From Dudresnaya verticillata (Eukaryota), in NCBI GenBank assembly GCA_977862235.1, contig OZ374559.1, forward strand, positions 1,488,001 to 1,552,000: a stretch of 64,000 nucleotides of DNA, written 5' to 3'. A program made the translations under genes and the position numbers. Below the pieces are notes generated by a model that saw nothing but the letters and a program-made list of their open reading frames with translations, was not told where the DNA came from and ran no database searches. Below, in pieces: positions 23,961 through 35,852 of this stretch. Each line of letters begins with the position of its first letter. Within the stretch, counting starts at the first letter, position 1.

Positions 23961-26900
23961 TAATAAGGAATATGGAGAGGTTGGAGTTGAACAAGATGAG
24001 AAATGGAAGTCGCTTGACTTCGTTTACTGCAGTCGACCATCCGACATGGCTTATATCAGCTTTTCGGATGAGTTGCTGCGTGAACACAAACAAAACAAAT
24101 CATTAAAGAAACGCCCAAAATCCCTATCATCAAATGGGCGGGAAAAAGTAAAACAATTAAATCCACCAAATCATACTCTCAGCACACTCACATCCGCCAC
24201 CAAAATGGGCGGGAACTTGCACACCAGTGTTGCTAACTGCTGACATCAGCAATCCCTCTTGCGACCGCATTTCCTGCCATCCATATGTACTCCAACTTTG
24301 GGCGGGAACGTGAAAGTATCGAGTGTCCCCGCATGGCTGCTGTCGGACAACACTGCACACCACGTGGCCGCACTTACGAGCTGAAGTCCGTCCATGAATA
24401 TCCAACTTGGATCATTGACCACGTAATCACCCAGATTTGCCTACGTGGCAGCTGTAAACCAACGTGTCGGCCGCACGACAGCTACGTGATAACTGTAAAC
24501 CAACGTGTCGGCCGCACGACAGCTACGTGCCAACTGTAAACCAACGTGTCGGCCGCACGACAACTGCATCTCCTGATATCACAAGTCAGGCTCCACGTAG
24601 CGCAAGTCCCTGCAGTACCAACTCAGACGCCATCAGCACATTGCATGGCACGTTCATGTGTACTTGTGGAGTACAGTGCGCGTCATACCAGTACCATTCC
24701 ATGCCATACCACGTGCATCCATGTGGTCCAATCAGATCGTTCCACTTGGCCGTTCCTGTTATAACCGCCAATTCCAGCACAACACTTGTAAGCCATATAG
24801 ACCATGGAGGCGGTTTGTAACAACCAATCAGAAGCCCGTTTCACGTTGCTTTTGCAAAAGGCCTAAATGCGCCGTGATTTTGGAAGCCCGGAAAAAGGGC
24901 TGTCGTCTCCGGAAGGTTTGGTGAAAGCGTGCCAGGGTACCATCTGGGGTACCTGACCCGTGACGTGAGGCGCCAGCGACCATGTCCTCAACACTCCTCC
25001 TCGATGGCTCCTCCAAGTCCAACCCTTGGTAGAATCCTATTGAGCAAAGTGGGCCCGAGTGGCTTTGTCAGCAAGTCCGCGTCGTTGTCTTCTGACGGCA
25101 CATACACCACTTCCAGAACAGAGTCGGCGACAAGTTCGCGAATGAAGTGTACACGAACGTCGATGTGCTTGGCACGACCAGACGGACAGCGTTCTCCAGT
25201 AGCCCAATTGATGGCAGACTGGTTGTCTGATCTCAATGGAACCGGGCCTTCGACGTTCAAGTCGGCCTCCTTCAGCACTCGCGTGACCCAAACCGTCTCT
25301 TTCGCAGCCAGAGTCATTGCATAGTACTCCGACTCGCAAGTTGAGAGAGCAACAGTTGACTGCTTCTTGGATCCCCAAATACACACTGCATCTCCCAGTT
25401 TCACCATGTAACCAGACATAGATTTTCGGTCTGTGGTGTCACCGGCATAGTCAGCGTCCACATAAGCTTGGATACGAGTGCTTCCGGACTGGTACGTAAC
25501 TCCATGCTTGTGAGTGCCTCGAAGATATCGCAGAACCCTCTTTACACCACGGTGACAGTACGCAGTTGGAGCCTTCTGGAACCGTGCGAGGATAAGCACA
25601 GAGGCCAAAATGTCCAGCCTTGTGCGAAGCCCCAAGTACAGAAGTGACCCGATCATCTGCTGGTACGTCTCAACCGACACGACGGCCTTGTCCTCTTCGG
25701 CGGCAAGTCCAGTGAAGAAAGACTCAACCATCGGCGTACAAGCCGGCTTAGAGTTCTGAAGTCCAAATCGACGAAGAACACTTTCCGTGTAGACCTGTTG
25801 AGTCATCTTGAGGGACACAAATCTGCCATCAGAGTCTAGCTTCCATCCAAGCTCGACTCCGAGGAAGAGGTCAACCCCTTCAGACAGCCGTAGATCGTAG
25901 AGGCCCTGCAGTTCCTTAACAATGGCGTCTCTCTCCGCCTTTCTGGGCGCGAGGATGAGCAAGTCATCAACGTACACCAAGATGTATGCGTATCCAGAAG
26001 ACTTGGATTGATCATGGATTTGCGACGAAACACGCAAGGTGCACTTGGCAATTCCTCAAACATCATCCTAGCAAGGTCACCACACAGCTTGGTGTGCCAA
26101 GCTAGGTGAGCCTGTTTTAGCCCATACATAGCTTTCAGAAGTTTGTAACAGAGAGATTCCCTTCCAGGAATCCCACGCGGTGACATTACCCACACGTGTT
26201 CTGCCAGATCACCATTCAGGAAAGCCGTCTTCACGTCTAGCTGTGCAACAAACAGGTTCAAACACAGTACCAAGTATAGGAACATGCGCACCAGCGAGAA
26301 CGACACAACTGGGGCGTATGTTTCCATGTAGTCTTCACCATACGTCTGGAAGTTTCCACCAGCGACGACCCGCGCTTTGAAGCGCTCGACCGTCCCGTCG
26401 GACTTGCGTTTAACTTTCAGCACGGCGTGCGTTGGAAGCGGCTGTGCATCGGGACTGTCATCACGGACCCAAGTGCCTTTGGATTCCAAGGATGCGAACT
26501 CATCATCAATGGCAGATTGCCACAACCCGCGCTCCTCCGGAGTGGCAGACATGGCCTCTCGAAGAGTGGGCTCATCTCCAGTTGTGAGGGCAACCTGTTG
26601 TTCAGCTTGTGCAGAGCTTGCCATAAACCATTTCGACGTCTGGCGACGTTGGCGACGAGGATATCGACTCTGTTGGTGGCGTTCTGGATCTGAACTCACA
26701 CCAGCCGGAGGACTGTTAGAGACGTTTTCTTCCTCAGCCGTGTCATCAGATTCGAATGAGCTGGGTTCTGATGGAGGTAGTGGAGGTGAAGAAGGTGTGT
26801 CAACTTCAATCGCATCCTCTTCATCCTCAAAGTTACCCAGCGACACATCGTCATCAGAGTCCGAGTTGAAAATAGAGGCCTCTGAGTTAGACTCGTAATC

Positions 26901-28671
26901 TTCATCCGAATCTGCCTCGTCCTGCCCATATTCCAACAGGCTTGGAGCACCCGGGAATTTGGACTCGTCGAATGTGACATGCCGCGACTCAACCACACGA
27001 GGTATACCGTCACCGCCAGTGACCAATATCCTGTAGATCCCATGCTCTAGAGTCTCCAAGTGCACCCCCTCAAGTGCACGAGACTCGAACTTGGATCCGC
27101 GTGGGAGCCTTAGGACATATGCAGCACATCCAAACACTCTTAAATGTTTTAAATCAGGAACATCACCTGTCATGACCGAGTATGGCGTAGCCCCAACGGT
27201 TGAGTGTGGTACCCGATTGCGCACGTAGTTGACATGCTTCAGGGCAAACGGCCACAAACATCCCGGTAGATCAGCCTGGATCAGCAATGAAAGTCAGGGC
27301 AGCTTCCACCATGGTTCGGTTCACCCTTTCCGCGATTCCATTGAGCTCCGGAGTATAAGGTGGGGAGAAGGATTTGCCACTGTCTCCAACTCCTCCCAAA
27401 TCTTTCTGCAAAGCCAAATACTCCTGAGCCCCGTCTGAGTGGAGTTTTGTTATTTCTGCTCCTCCAAGCTCGATAAACTTTGCTGAAGCTTGATCAAATG
27501 CTGCACTCAACATACGGCGACTTCTCATACATGCGACGACCAAGAAACGGGATTTGTCATCCAGAAACGTCGTGGCATACCGGAAACGATCGGGAAAGGA
27601 GATCTGGATTGGACCAACAATATCGGAATGCACGAGATCACCGACAGCTTTGGCCGGGCGGAAGTGCCCTGGGAATGATTGTTTGTGTGCTTTCCCAAGC
27701 CTACAAGCCCGACACACTTCATGAGTGGAGCCCAACTCCGGAACACCCTCAACATGCTCGTGCACTTTGGCCAAGTCCCGAAAATTAATGTGGGCAAGAC
27801 GTCGATGCCAGAGCTCAGTAGTTTGCTGCGTGCTGGGGACAGCCAGTACTTGCTCCTCCGAAGTGTGCGGCTCGGGTTCTGGTAGCATGTACATTCCAGA
27901 ACTCGCATCGCGAACACCGGATCCAATATAGTACCCATCAGAGTCGAGTACCAAGCGCACGTCCAAGCGGCGAAAGTGGGATTCAATTCCTTTATCTGCC
28001 AAACGCCCAGTAGAGACAAGATTGTATCCCATCTGCGGGATGAAGAGGGCCTTCTTGAGCCGAATATTGGCATGCTCAAACGGCAGAATCACATCTCCAC
28101 ATAGGTCTGAGGTGACAGACGACTTGTCCGCAAGCACTACAGTACGCTTTTCGCAGCGCGATACTGAGCTCGGTACAAAAGAAGTCATTGAGTGGAAGCA
28201 ATGCACAGTTGCTCCACTGTCGGCATACGTTCCTTGGTCGTTCGGAGGAACAACGGTAGTCATCTCAACCGATGCACCGGCGATTTCTACCTTTGCAGAT
28301 TTACCATTATTCTTACCAGATGCAGCTACCGCCGAGTTGGCGTTGCCCTTTTTGCCCTGGTTGGTGAACATCTGTCGCACCTTTGGAGGAAGCTTGTTGT
28401 TAGGATTTTCCGGATTGAGATAGCATCGATCCGCGGTGTGTCCATCCTTGTCGCAAACATCACAGTGAAGGTGCCGGTTCGGGGTGGAGTGAGCCTGCTT
28501 GGCGGACTTGAGTGCAACCGCCAACGCACGGACGGTGGATTCAATATCAGAAGAGTCATCGGAGTCGTCGTTGTCATCCAGCGGGTTGTGTTGCTGGCGA
28601 GAACCTGACGACGCGGACTTCTTTTTCTTCTTCCGACGACTCTTCGACTTACTGGATCTCCCACCTGCGTT
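23961..28671 (-). mobile_element. Copia copy B: 3' LTR2 (23961-24993), PPT and frameshifted pol; gag truncated
   Basis: ORF pieces 24988-26037, 25836-27287 and 27271-28671; frameshifts caused by 11-bp (26009) and 4-bp (27288) insertions. Confidence 0.96.
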
Positions 28672-31517
28672 TGTGGAACGATCTGATTGGACCACATGGA
28701 TGCACGTGGTATGGCATGGAATGGTACTGGTATGACGCGCACTGTACTCCACAAGTACATATGAACGTGCCATGCAATGTGCTGATGGCGTCTGAGTTGG
28801 TACTGCAGGGACTTGCGCTACGTGGAGCCTGGCTTGTGATATCAGCAGATGCAGTTGTCGTGCGGCCAACACGTCGGTTTACAGTTGCCACGTAGCTGTC
28901 GTGCGCCCGACACGTTGGTTTACAGTTGCCACGTAGGTGTCGTGCGGCCGACACGTTGGTTTACAGCTGCCACGTAGGCAAATCTGGGTGATTACGTGGT
29001 CAATGATCCAAGTTGGATATTCATGGACGGACTTCAGCTCGTAAGTGCGGCCACGTGGTATGCAGTGTTGTCCGACAGCAGTCATGCGGGGACACTCGAT
29101 ACTTTCGAGTTCCCGCCCAAAGTTGGAGTACATATGGATGGCAGGAAATGCGGTCGCAAGAGGGATTGCTGATGTCAGCAGTTAGCAACACTGGTGTGCA
29201 AGTTCCCGCCCATTTTGGTGGCGGATGTGAGTGTGCTGAGAGTATGATTTGGTAGATTTGATTGCTTTACTTTTTCCCGCCCATTTGATGATAGGGATTT
29301 TGGGCGTTTCTTTAATGATTTGTTTTGTTTGTGTTCACGCAGCAACTCATCCGAAAAGCTGATATAAGCCATGTCGGATGGTCGACTGCAGTAAACGAAG
29401 TCAAGCGACTTCCATTTCTCATCTTGTTCAACTCCAACCTCTCCATATTTCTTTAAGGTTATGGGCCCAGAAGGTCGACCTACGCAGACTTCATCGCTTC
29501 GCTGCAACCTTCTTCCTTTTTCTTTTCATTCTTGATACTGTCCGGTCCTGTTGAGGACATGGTCGCTGGCGCCTCACGTCACGGGTCAGGTACCCCAGAT
29601 GGTACCCTGGCACGCTTTCACCAAACCTTCCGGAGACGACAGCCCTTTTTCCGGGCTTCCAAAATCACGGCGCATTTAGGCCTTTTGCAAAAGCAACGTG
29701 AAACGGGCTTCTGATTGGTTGTTACAAACCGCCTCCATGGTCTATATGGCTTACAAGTGTTGTGCTGGAATTGGCGGTTATAACAGGAACGGCCAAGTGG
29801 AACGATCTGATTGGACCACATGGATGCACGTGGTATGGCATGGAATGGTGTTGGTATGACTCGCACTGTACTCCACAAGTACACATGAACCTGCCATGCA
29901 ATGTGCTGATGGCGTCCGAGTTGGTACTGCAGGGACTTGCGCTACGTGGAGCCTGGCTTGTGATATCAGCAGATGCAGTTGTCGTGCGGCCGACACGTTG
30001 GTTTACAGTTGGCACGTAGCTGTCGTGCGGCCGACACGTTGGTTTACAGTTTTCACGTAGCTGTCGTGCGGCCGACACGTTGGTTTACAGCTGCCACGTA
30101 GGCAAATCTGGTTGATTACGTGGTCAATGATCCAAGTTGGATATTCATGGACGGACTTGAGCTGGTAAGTGCGGCCACGTGGTGTGCAGTGTTGTCCGAC
30201 AGCAGCCATGCGGGGACACTCGATACTTTCACGTTCCCGCCCAAAGTTGGAGTACATATGGATGGCAGGAAATGCGGTCGCAAGAGGGATTGCTGATGTC
30301 AGCAGTTAGCAACACTGGTGTACAAGTTCCCGCCCATTCTGGTGGCGGATGTGAGTGTGCTGAGAGCATGATTTGGTAGATTTAATTGCTTTACTTTTTC
30401 CCGCCCATTTGATGATAGGGATTTTGGGCGTTTCTTTAATGATTTGTTTTGTTTGTGTTCACGCAGCAACTCATCCGAAAAGCTGATATAAGCCATGTCG
30501 GATGATCGACTGCAGTAAACGAAGTCAAGCGACTTCCATTTCTCATCTTGTTCAACTTCAACCTCTCCATATTCCTTTTCAGGTTATGGGCCCAGAAGGT
30601 CGACCTACGCAGACTTCATCGCTTCGCTGCAACCTTCTTCCTTTTTCTTTTCATTCTTGATACTGTCCGGTCCCGTCCTGGCCTGTCCTGTCTGCTTGTG
30701 TCCTGTCCTGTCGGCTTGTGTCCTGTCCTGTCTGCTTGTTGTCTGTTGAAAGTGGTCCCTATCCCACTGTGTTGGCTTGTGTCTCTGATTTTGTGAGAGA
30801 GTTCTCGAGGCTTTCGTCCGCTGTTGTCTTGGTCCGTGAGCTTGCTGAGAGGTTGAGTGTTGTGCGTGGTGACTCTCGTTAAGTCAGGACCTCGTTGGCC
30901 TAGGGGAGCAGCCTCCAGTAAGATCCAGAACCTTGACACGGTTGGGCCTAGTTCCATTCCTGCAAGAGACTGGACCTGTTCGTGTGGTGAACACTCGTTT
31001 TGAGTTAGTACCCATAAGGTGGACGTCTCGTAAGGATTGCATACTTCGTGTCTGTGTGCGCACGACACGAAAGGGCTGCTGAAAGACGCATTTCACCCGG
31101 AGAATCATATCCGGGGGCCAGGAGTCCGACTCCTAGGGGTGACTAGGTAGAACCTGGTGCCAGAACATCCCGCGTCAAAAAGACGTTCAACTATCAAGAA
31201 TCAACTTTTCAACTTCAAGTTTCAACTTTTCTTCTTCAGTCCAGGTGATCCCATCATCACCTGAGAGTTTCATTACTCCAAGCGTGGGAGCTACTTGGCA
31301 AAGTGTGCTCCGCTTGTGACTGTATTATATTACCGACGTGTTCGACACATTTCTCAGTTTCGTCGTCACGTCTTCGTTGTGTGAGCTGCACTGCTCTGCT
31401 TAACACGACTATTACCCTCTGGGCATCGACACTGTTGCACTAACAGCACTGCCCCAAGTTTACCAAGTTTTCTAAAACTATTCAAGTTATCTCTTCTCAC
31501 CACCAGTCGCAACAGCG

Positions 31518-34500
31518 ATGACTGATACCGAAGCCGAGATGGATACTTCGAGCGGGGTCAAGATACCCCGTTTCCACGGCAGGAGAGGTGACGACTACAG
31601 TCTCTGGCGTCATCGCCTTCGTGCCGCATGCCGCATCAAAGGGGTTTGGAATGTTGTCCACACCTCAAACGACACACCGAGTAGCTCACAGTCAACTGGA
31701 GAGGCCTCAGCGGATACTTCCATTCTTCACGCCAGAACCTTGGCCAAACGTGAGAAGGCTTGCGGGATCATTATCTCCGCACTTGGTGATGCTCCGCTTC
31801 GTGTCGTTATGGAGGTTGATGATGACCCCAAACGCATGCTGGAGCTATTGGACTCGCGCTATGCGTCCAGTCGAACCGTATCCCGTATCGCCGTACAGAC
31901 CAAGCTATTCCGTATGACGTACACCGGTCAGAATATGTCCAGCTATGTCGACCAGTACACGTCACTGTTCGCCCAACTCGACCGCATGGGCAACGACTCG
32001 GCGATACCGGAGACACATAAGGCACCTATGCTGCTTGTTTCCATTGATCCGTCCTGCCACCTGGAGTCAACAGCTGCAGCTCTTCGCACCAAAGATGCTG
32101 CTGAGCTGACTTGGGACTACGTCGCAACCACGCTGATCGATGAGTACAACGCCAAAGATTCTCATGGATCAAACGCAGGTGGGAGATCCAGTAAGTCGAA
32201 GAGTCGTCGCAAGAAGAAAAAGAAGTCCGCGTCGTCAGGTTCTCGCCAGCAACACAACACGCTGGATGACAACGACGACTCCGATGACTCTTCTGATATT
32301 GAATCCACCGTCCGTGCGTTGGCGGTTGCACTCAAGTCCGCCAAGCAGGCTCACTCCACCCCGAACCGGCACCTTCACTGTGATGTTTGCGACAAGGATG
32401 GACACACCGCGGATCGATGCTATCTCAATCCGGAAAATCCTAACAACAAGCTTCCTCCAAAGGTGCGACAGATGTTCACCAACCAGGGCAAAAAGGGCAA
32501 CGCCAACTCGGCGGTAGCTGCATCTGGTAAGAATAATGGTAAATCTGCAAAGGTAGAAATCGCCGGTGCATCGGTTGAGATGACTACTGTTGTTCCTCCG
32601 AACGACCAAGGAACGTATGCCGACATGTTACACGACAGTGGAGCAACTGTGCATTGCTTCCACTCAATGACTTCTTTTGTACCGAGCTCAGTATCACGCT
32701 GCGAAAAGCGTACTGTAGTGCTTGCGGACAAGTCGTCTGTCACCTCAGACCTATGTGGAGATGTGATTCTGCCGTTTGAGCATGCTAATATTCGGCTCAA
32801 GAAGGCCCTCTTCATCCCGCAGATGGGATACAATCTTGTCTCTACTGGGCGTTTGGCAGATAAAGGAATTGAATCCCACTTTCGCCGCTTGGACGTGCGC
32901 TTGGTACTCGACTCTGATGGGTACTATATTGGATCCGGTGTTCGCGATGCGAGTTCTGGAATGTACATGCTACCAGAACCCGAGCCGCACACTTCGGAGG
33001 AGCAAGTACTGGCTGTCCCCAGCACGCAGCAAACTACTGAGCTCTGGCATCGACGTCTTGCCCACATTAATTTTCGGGACTTGGCCAAAGTGCACGAGCA
33101 TGTTGAGGGTGTTCCGGAGTTGGGCTCCACTCATGAAGTGTGTCGGGCTTGTAGGCTTGGGAAAGCACACAAACAATCATTCCCAGGGCACTTCCGCCCG
33201 GCCAAAGCTGTCGGTGATCTCGTGCATTCCGACATTGTGGGTCCAATCCAGATCTCCTTTCCCGATCGTTTCCGGTATGCCACGACGTTTCTGGATGATA
33301 AATCCCGTTTCTTGGTCGTCGCATGTATGAGAAGTCGCCGTATGTTGAGTGCAGCATTTGATCAAGCTTCAGCAAAGTTTATCGAGCTTGGAGGAGCGGA
33401 AATAACAAAACTCCACTCAGACGGGGCTCAGGAGTATTTGGCTTTGCAGAAAGATTTGGGAGGAGTTGGAGACAGTGGCAAATCCTTCTCCCCACCTTAT
33501 ACTCCGGAGCTCAATGGAATCGCGGAAAGGGTGAACCGAACCATGGTGGAAGCTGCCCTGACTTTGCTGATCCAGGCTGATCTACCGGGATGTTTGTGGC
33601 CGTTTGCACTGAAGCATGTCAACTACGTGCGCAATCGGGTTCCACACTCAACCGTTGGGGCTACGCCATACTCGGTCATGACAGGTGATGTTCCTGATTT
33701 AAAACATTTAAGAGTGTTTGGATGTGCTGCATATGTCCTAAGGCTCCCACGCGGATCCAAGTTCGAGTCTCGTGCACTTGAGGGGGTGCACTTGGAGACT
33801 CTAGAGCATGGGATCTACAGGATATTGGTCACTGGCGGTGACGGTATACCTCGTGTGGTTGAGTCGCGGCATGTCACATTCGACGAGTCCAAATTCCCGG
33901 GTGCTCCAAGCCTGTTGGAATATGGGCAGGACGAGGCAGATTCGGATGAAGATTACGAGTCTAACTCAGAGGCCTCTATTTTCAACTCGGACTCTGATGA
34001 CGATGTGTCGCTGGGTAACTTTGAGGATGAAGAGGATGCAATTGAAGTTGACACACCTTCTTCACCTCCACTACCTCCATCAGAACCCAGCTCATTCGAA
34101 TCTGATGACACGGCTGAGGAAGAAAACGTCTCTGACAGTCCTCCGGCTGGTGTGAGTTCAGATCCAGAACGCCAGCAACAGAGTCGATATCCTCGTCGCC
34201 AACGTCGCCAGACGTCGAAATGGTTTATGGCGAGCTCTGCACAAGCTGAACAACAGGTTGCCCTCACAACGGGAGATGAGCCCACTCTTCGAGAGGCCAT
34301 GTCTGCCACTCCGGAGGAGCGCGGGTTGTGGCAATCTGCCATTGATGATGAGTTCGCATCCTTGGAATCCAAAGGCACTTGGGTCCGTGATGACAGTCCC
34401 GGTGCACAGCCGCTTCCAACGCACGCCGTGCTGAAAGTTAAACGCAAGTCCGACGGGACCGTCGAGCGCTTCAAAGCGCGGGTCGTCGCTGGTGGAAACT

Positions 34501-35852
34501 TCCAGACGTATGGTGAAGACTACATGGAAACATACGCCCCAGTTGTGTCGTTCTCGCTGGTGCGCATGTTCCTATACTTGGTACTGTGTTTGAACCTGTT
34601 TGTTGCACAGCTAGACGTGAAGACGGCTTTCCTGAATGGTGATCTGGCAGAACACGTGTGGGTAATGTCACCGCGTGGGATTCCTGGAAGGGAATCTCTC
34701 TGTTACAAACTTCTGAAGGCTATGTATGGGCTAAAACAGGCTCACCTAGCTTGGCACACCAAGCTGTGTGGTGACCTTGCTAGGATGATGTTTGAGGAAT
34801 TGCCAAGTGCACCTTGCGTGTTTCGTCGCAAATCCAAGTCTTCTGGATACGCATACATCTTGGTGTACGTTGATGACTTGCTCATCCTCGCGCCCAGAAA
34901 GGCGGAGAGAGACGCCATTGTTAAGGAACTGCAGGGCCTCTACGATCTACGGCTGTCTGAAGGGGTTGACCTCTTCCTCGGAGTCGAGCTTGGATGGAAG
35001 CTAGACTCTGATGGCAGATTTGTGTCCCTCAAGATGACTCAACAGGTCTACACGGAAAGTGTTCTTCGTCGATTTGGACTTCAGAACTCTAAGCCGGCTT
35101 GTACGCCGATGGTTGAGTCTTTCTTCACTGGACTTGCCGCCGAAGAGGACAAGGCCGTCGTGTCGGTTGAGACGTACCAGCAGATGATCGGGTCACTTCT
35201 GTACTTGGGGCTTCGCACAAGGCTGGACATTTTGGCCTCTGTGCTTATCCTCGCACGGTTCCAGAAGGCTCCAACTGCGTACTGTCACCGTGGTGTAAAG
35301 AGGGTTCTGCGATATCTTCGAGGCACTCACAAGCATGGAGTTACGTACCAGTCCGGAAGCATTCGTATCCAAGCTTATGTGGACGCTGACTATGCCGGTG
35401 ACACCACAGACCGAAAATCTATGTCTGGTTACATGGTGAAACTGGGAGATGCAGTGTGTATTTGGGGATCCAAGAAGCAGTCAACTGTTGCTCTCTCAAC
35501 TTGCGAGTCGGAGTACTATGCAATGACTCTGGCTGCGAAAGAGACGGTTTGGGTCACGCGAGTGCTGAAGGAGGCCGACTTGAACGTCGAAGGCCCGGTT
35601 CCATTGAGATCAGACAACCAGTCTGCCATCAATTGGGCTACTGGAGAACGCTGTCCGTCTGGTCGTGCCAAGCACATCGACGTTCGTGTACACTTCATTC
35701 GCGAACTTGTCGCCGACTCTGTTCTGGAAGTGGTGTATGTGCCGTCAGAAGACAACGACGCGGACTTGCTGACAAAGCCACTCGGCCCCACTTTGCTCAA
35801 TAGGATTCTACCAAGGGTTGGACTTGGAGGAGCCATCGAGGAGGAGTGTTGA
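31518..35852 (+). CDS. Ty1/copia Gag-Pol polyprotein (Gag, CCHC, PR, INT, RT, RNase H), 1,444 aa
   Basis: CDVCDKDGHTADRC, DSGAT, LWHRRLAH..CRAC, VHSDIVGP, TPELNGIAER, FKARVVAGG, QLDVKTAFLNG, YVDD, YVDADYAG, KHIDVRVHF. The stop codon lies inside the 3' LTR. Confidence 0.97.
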   Translation: MTDTEAEMDTSSGVKIPRFHGRRGDDYSLWRHRLRAACRIKGVWNVVHTSNDTPSSSQSTGEASADTSILHARTLAKREKACGIIISALGDAPLRVVMEVDDDPKRMLELLDSRYASSRTVSRIAVQTKLFRMTYTGQNMSSYVDQYTSLFAQLDRMGNDSAIPETHKAPMLLVSIDPSCHLESTAAALRTKDAAELTWDYVATTLIDEYNAKDSHGSNAGGRSSKSKSRRKKKKKSASSGSRQQHNTLDDNDDSDDSSDIESTVRALAVALKSAKQAHSTPNRHLHCDVCDKDGHTADRCYLNPENPNNKLPPKVRQMFTNQGKKGNANSAVAASGKNNGKSAKVEIAGASVEMTTVVPPNDQGTYADMLHDSGATVHCFHSMTSFVPSSVSRCEKRTVVLADKSSVTSDLCGDVILPFEHANIRLKKALFIPQMGYNLVSTGRLADKGIESHFRRLDVRLVLDSDGYYIGSGVRDASSGMYMLPEPEPHTSEEQVLAVPSTQQTTELWHRRLAHINFRDLAKVHEHVEGVPELGSTHEVCRACRLGKAHKQSFPGHFRPAKAVGDLVHSDIVGPIQISFPDRFRYATTFLDDKSRFLVVACMRSRRMLSAAFDQASAKFIELGGAEITKLHSDGAQEYLALQKDLGGVGDSGKSFSPPYTPELNGIAERVNRTMVEAALTLLIQADLPGCLWPFALKHVNYVRNRVPHSTVGATPYSVMTGDVPDLKHLRVFGCAAYVLRLPRGSKFESRALEGVHLETLEHGIYRILVTGGDGIPRVVESRHVTFDESKFPGAPSLLEYGQDEADSDEDYESNSEASIFNSDSDDDVSLGNFEDEEDAIEVDTPSSPPLPPSEPSSFESDDTAEEENVSDSPPAGVSSDPERQQQSRYPRRQRRQTSKWFMASSAQAEQQVALTTGDEPTLREAMSATPEERGLWQSAIDDEFASLESKGTWVRDDSPGAQPLPTHAVLKVKRKSDGTVERFKARVVAGGNFQTYGEDYMETYAPVVSFSLVRMFLYLVLCLNLFVAQLDVKTAFLNGDLAEHVWVMSPRGIPGRESLCYKLLKAMYGLKQAHLAWHTKLCGDLARMMFEELPSAPCVFRRKSKSSGYAYILVYVDDLLILAPRKAERDAIVKELQGLYDLRLSEGVDLFLGVELGWKLDSDGRFVSLKMTQQVYTESVLRRFGLQNSKPACTPMVESFFTGLAAEEDKAVVSVETYQQMIGSLLYLGLRTRLDILASVLILARFQKAPTAYCHRGVKRVLRYLRGTHKHGVTYQSGSIRIQAYVDADYAGDTTDRKSMSGYMVKLGDAVCIWGSKKQSTVALSTCESEYYAMTLAAKETVWVTRVLKEADLNVEGPVPLRSDNQSAINWATGERCPSGRAKHIDVRVHFIRELVADSVLEVVYVPSEDNDADLLTKPLGPTLLNRILPRVGLGGAIEEEC

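Noticed and set aside
21931..24243. 770-aa and other chimeric ORFs (27271-28872, 51842-53029, 54622-55140) as novel fusion genes
   Set aside because: They are read-throughs across insertion junctions into LTR sequence.
28667..28680. LTR3 apparently keeping its TGT terminus while losing 247 nt, as support for end-proximal cutting
   Set aside because: The TG is equally explained by native gag sequence (GCGTTTG) with a 1-nt microhomology, so a simple deletion suffices.
35838..35852. PPT translated as EEE with the stop codon inside the 3' LTR
   Set aside because: Real, but a common arrangement in copia elements.
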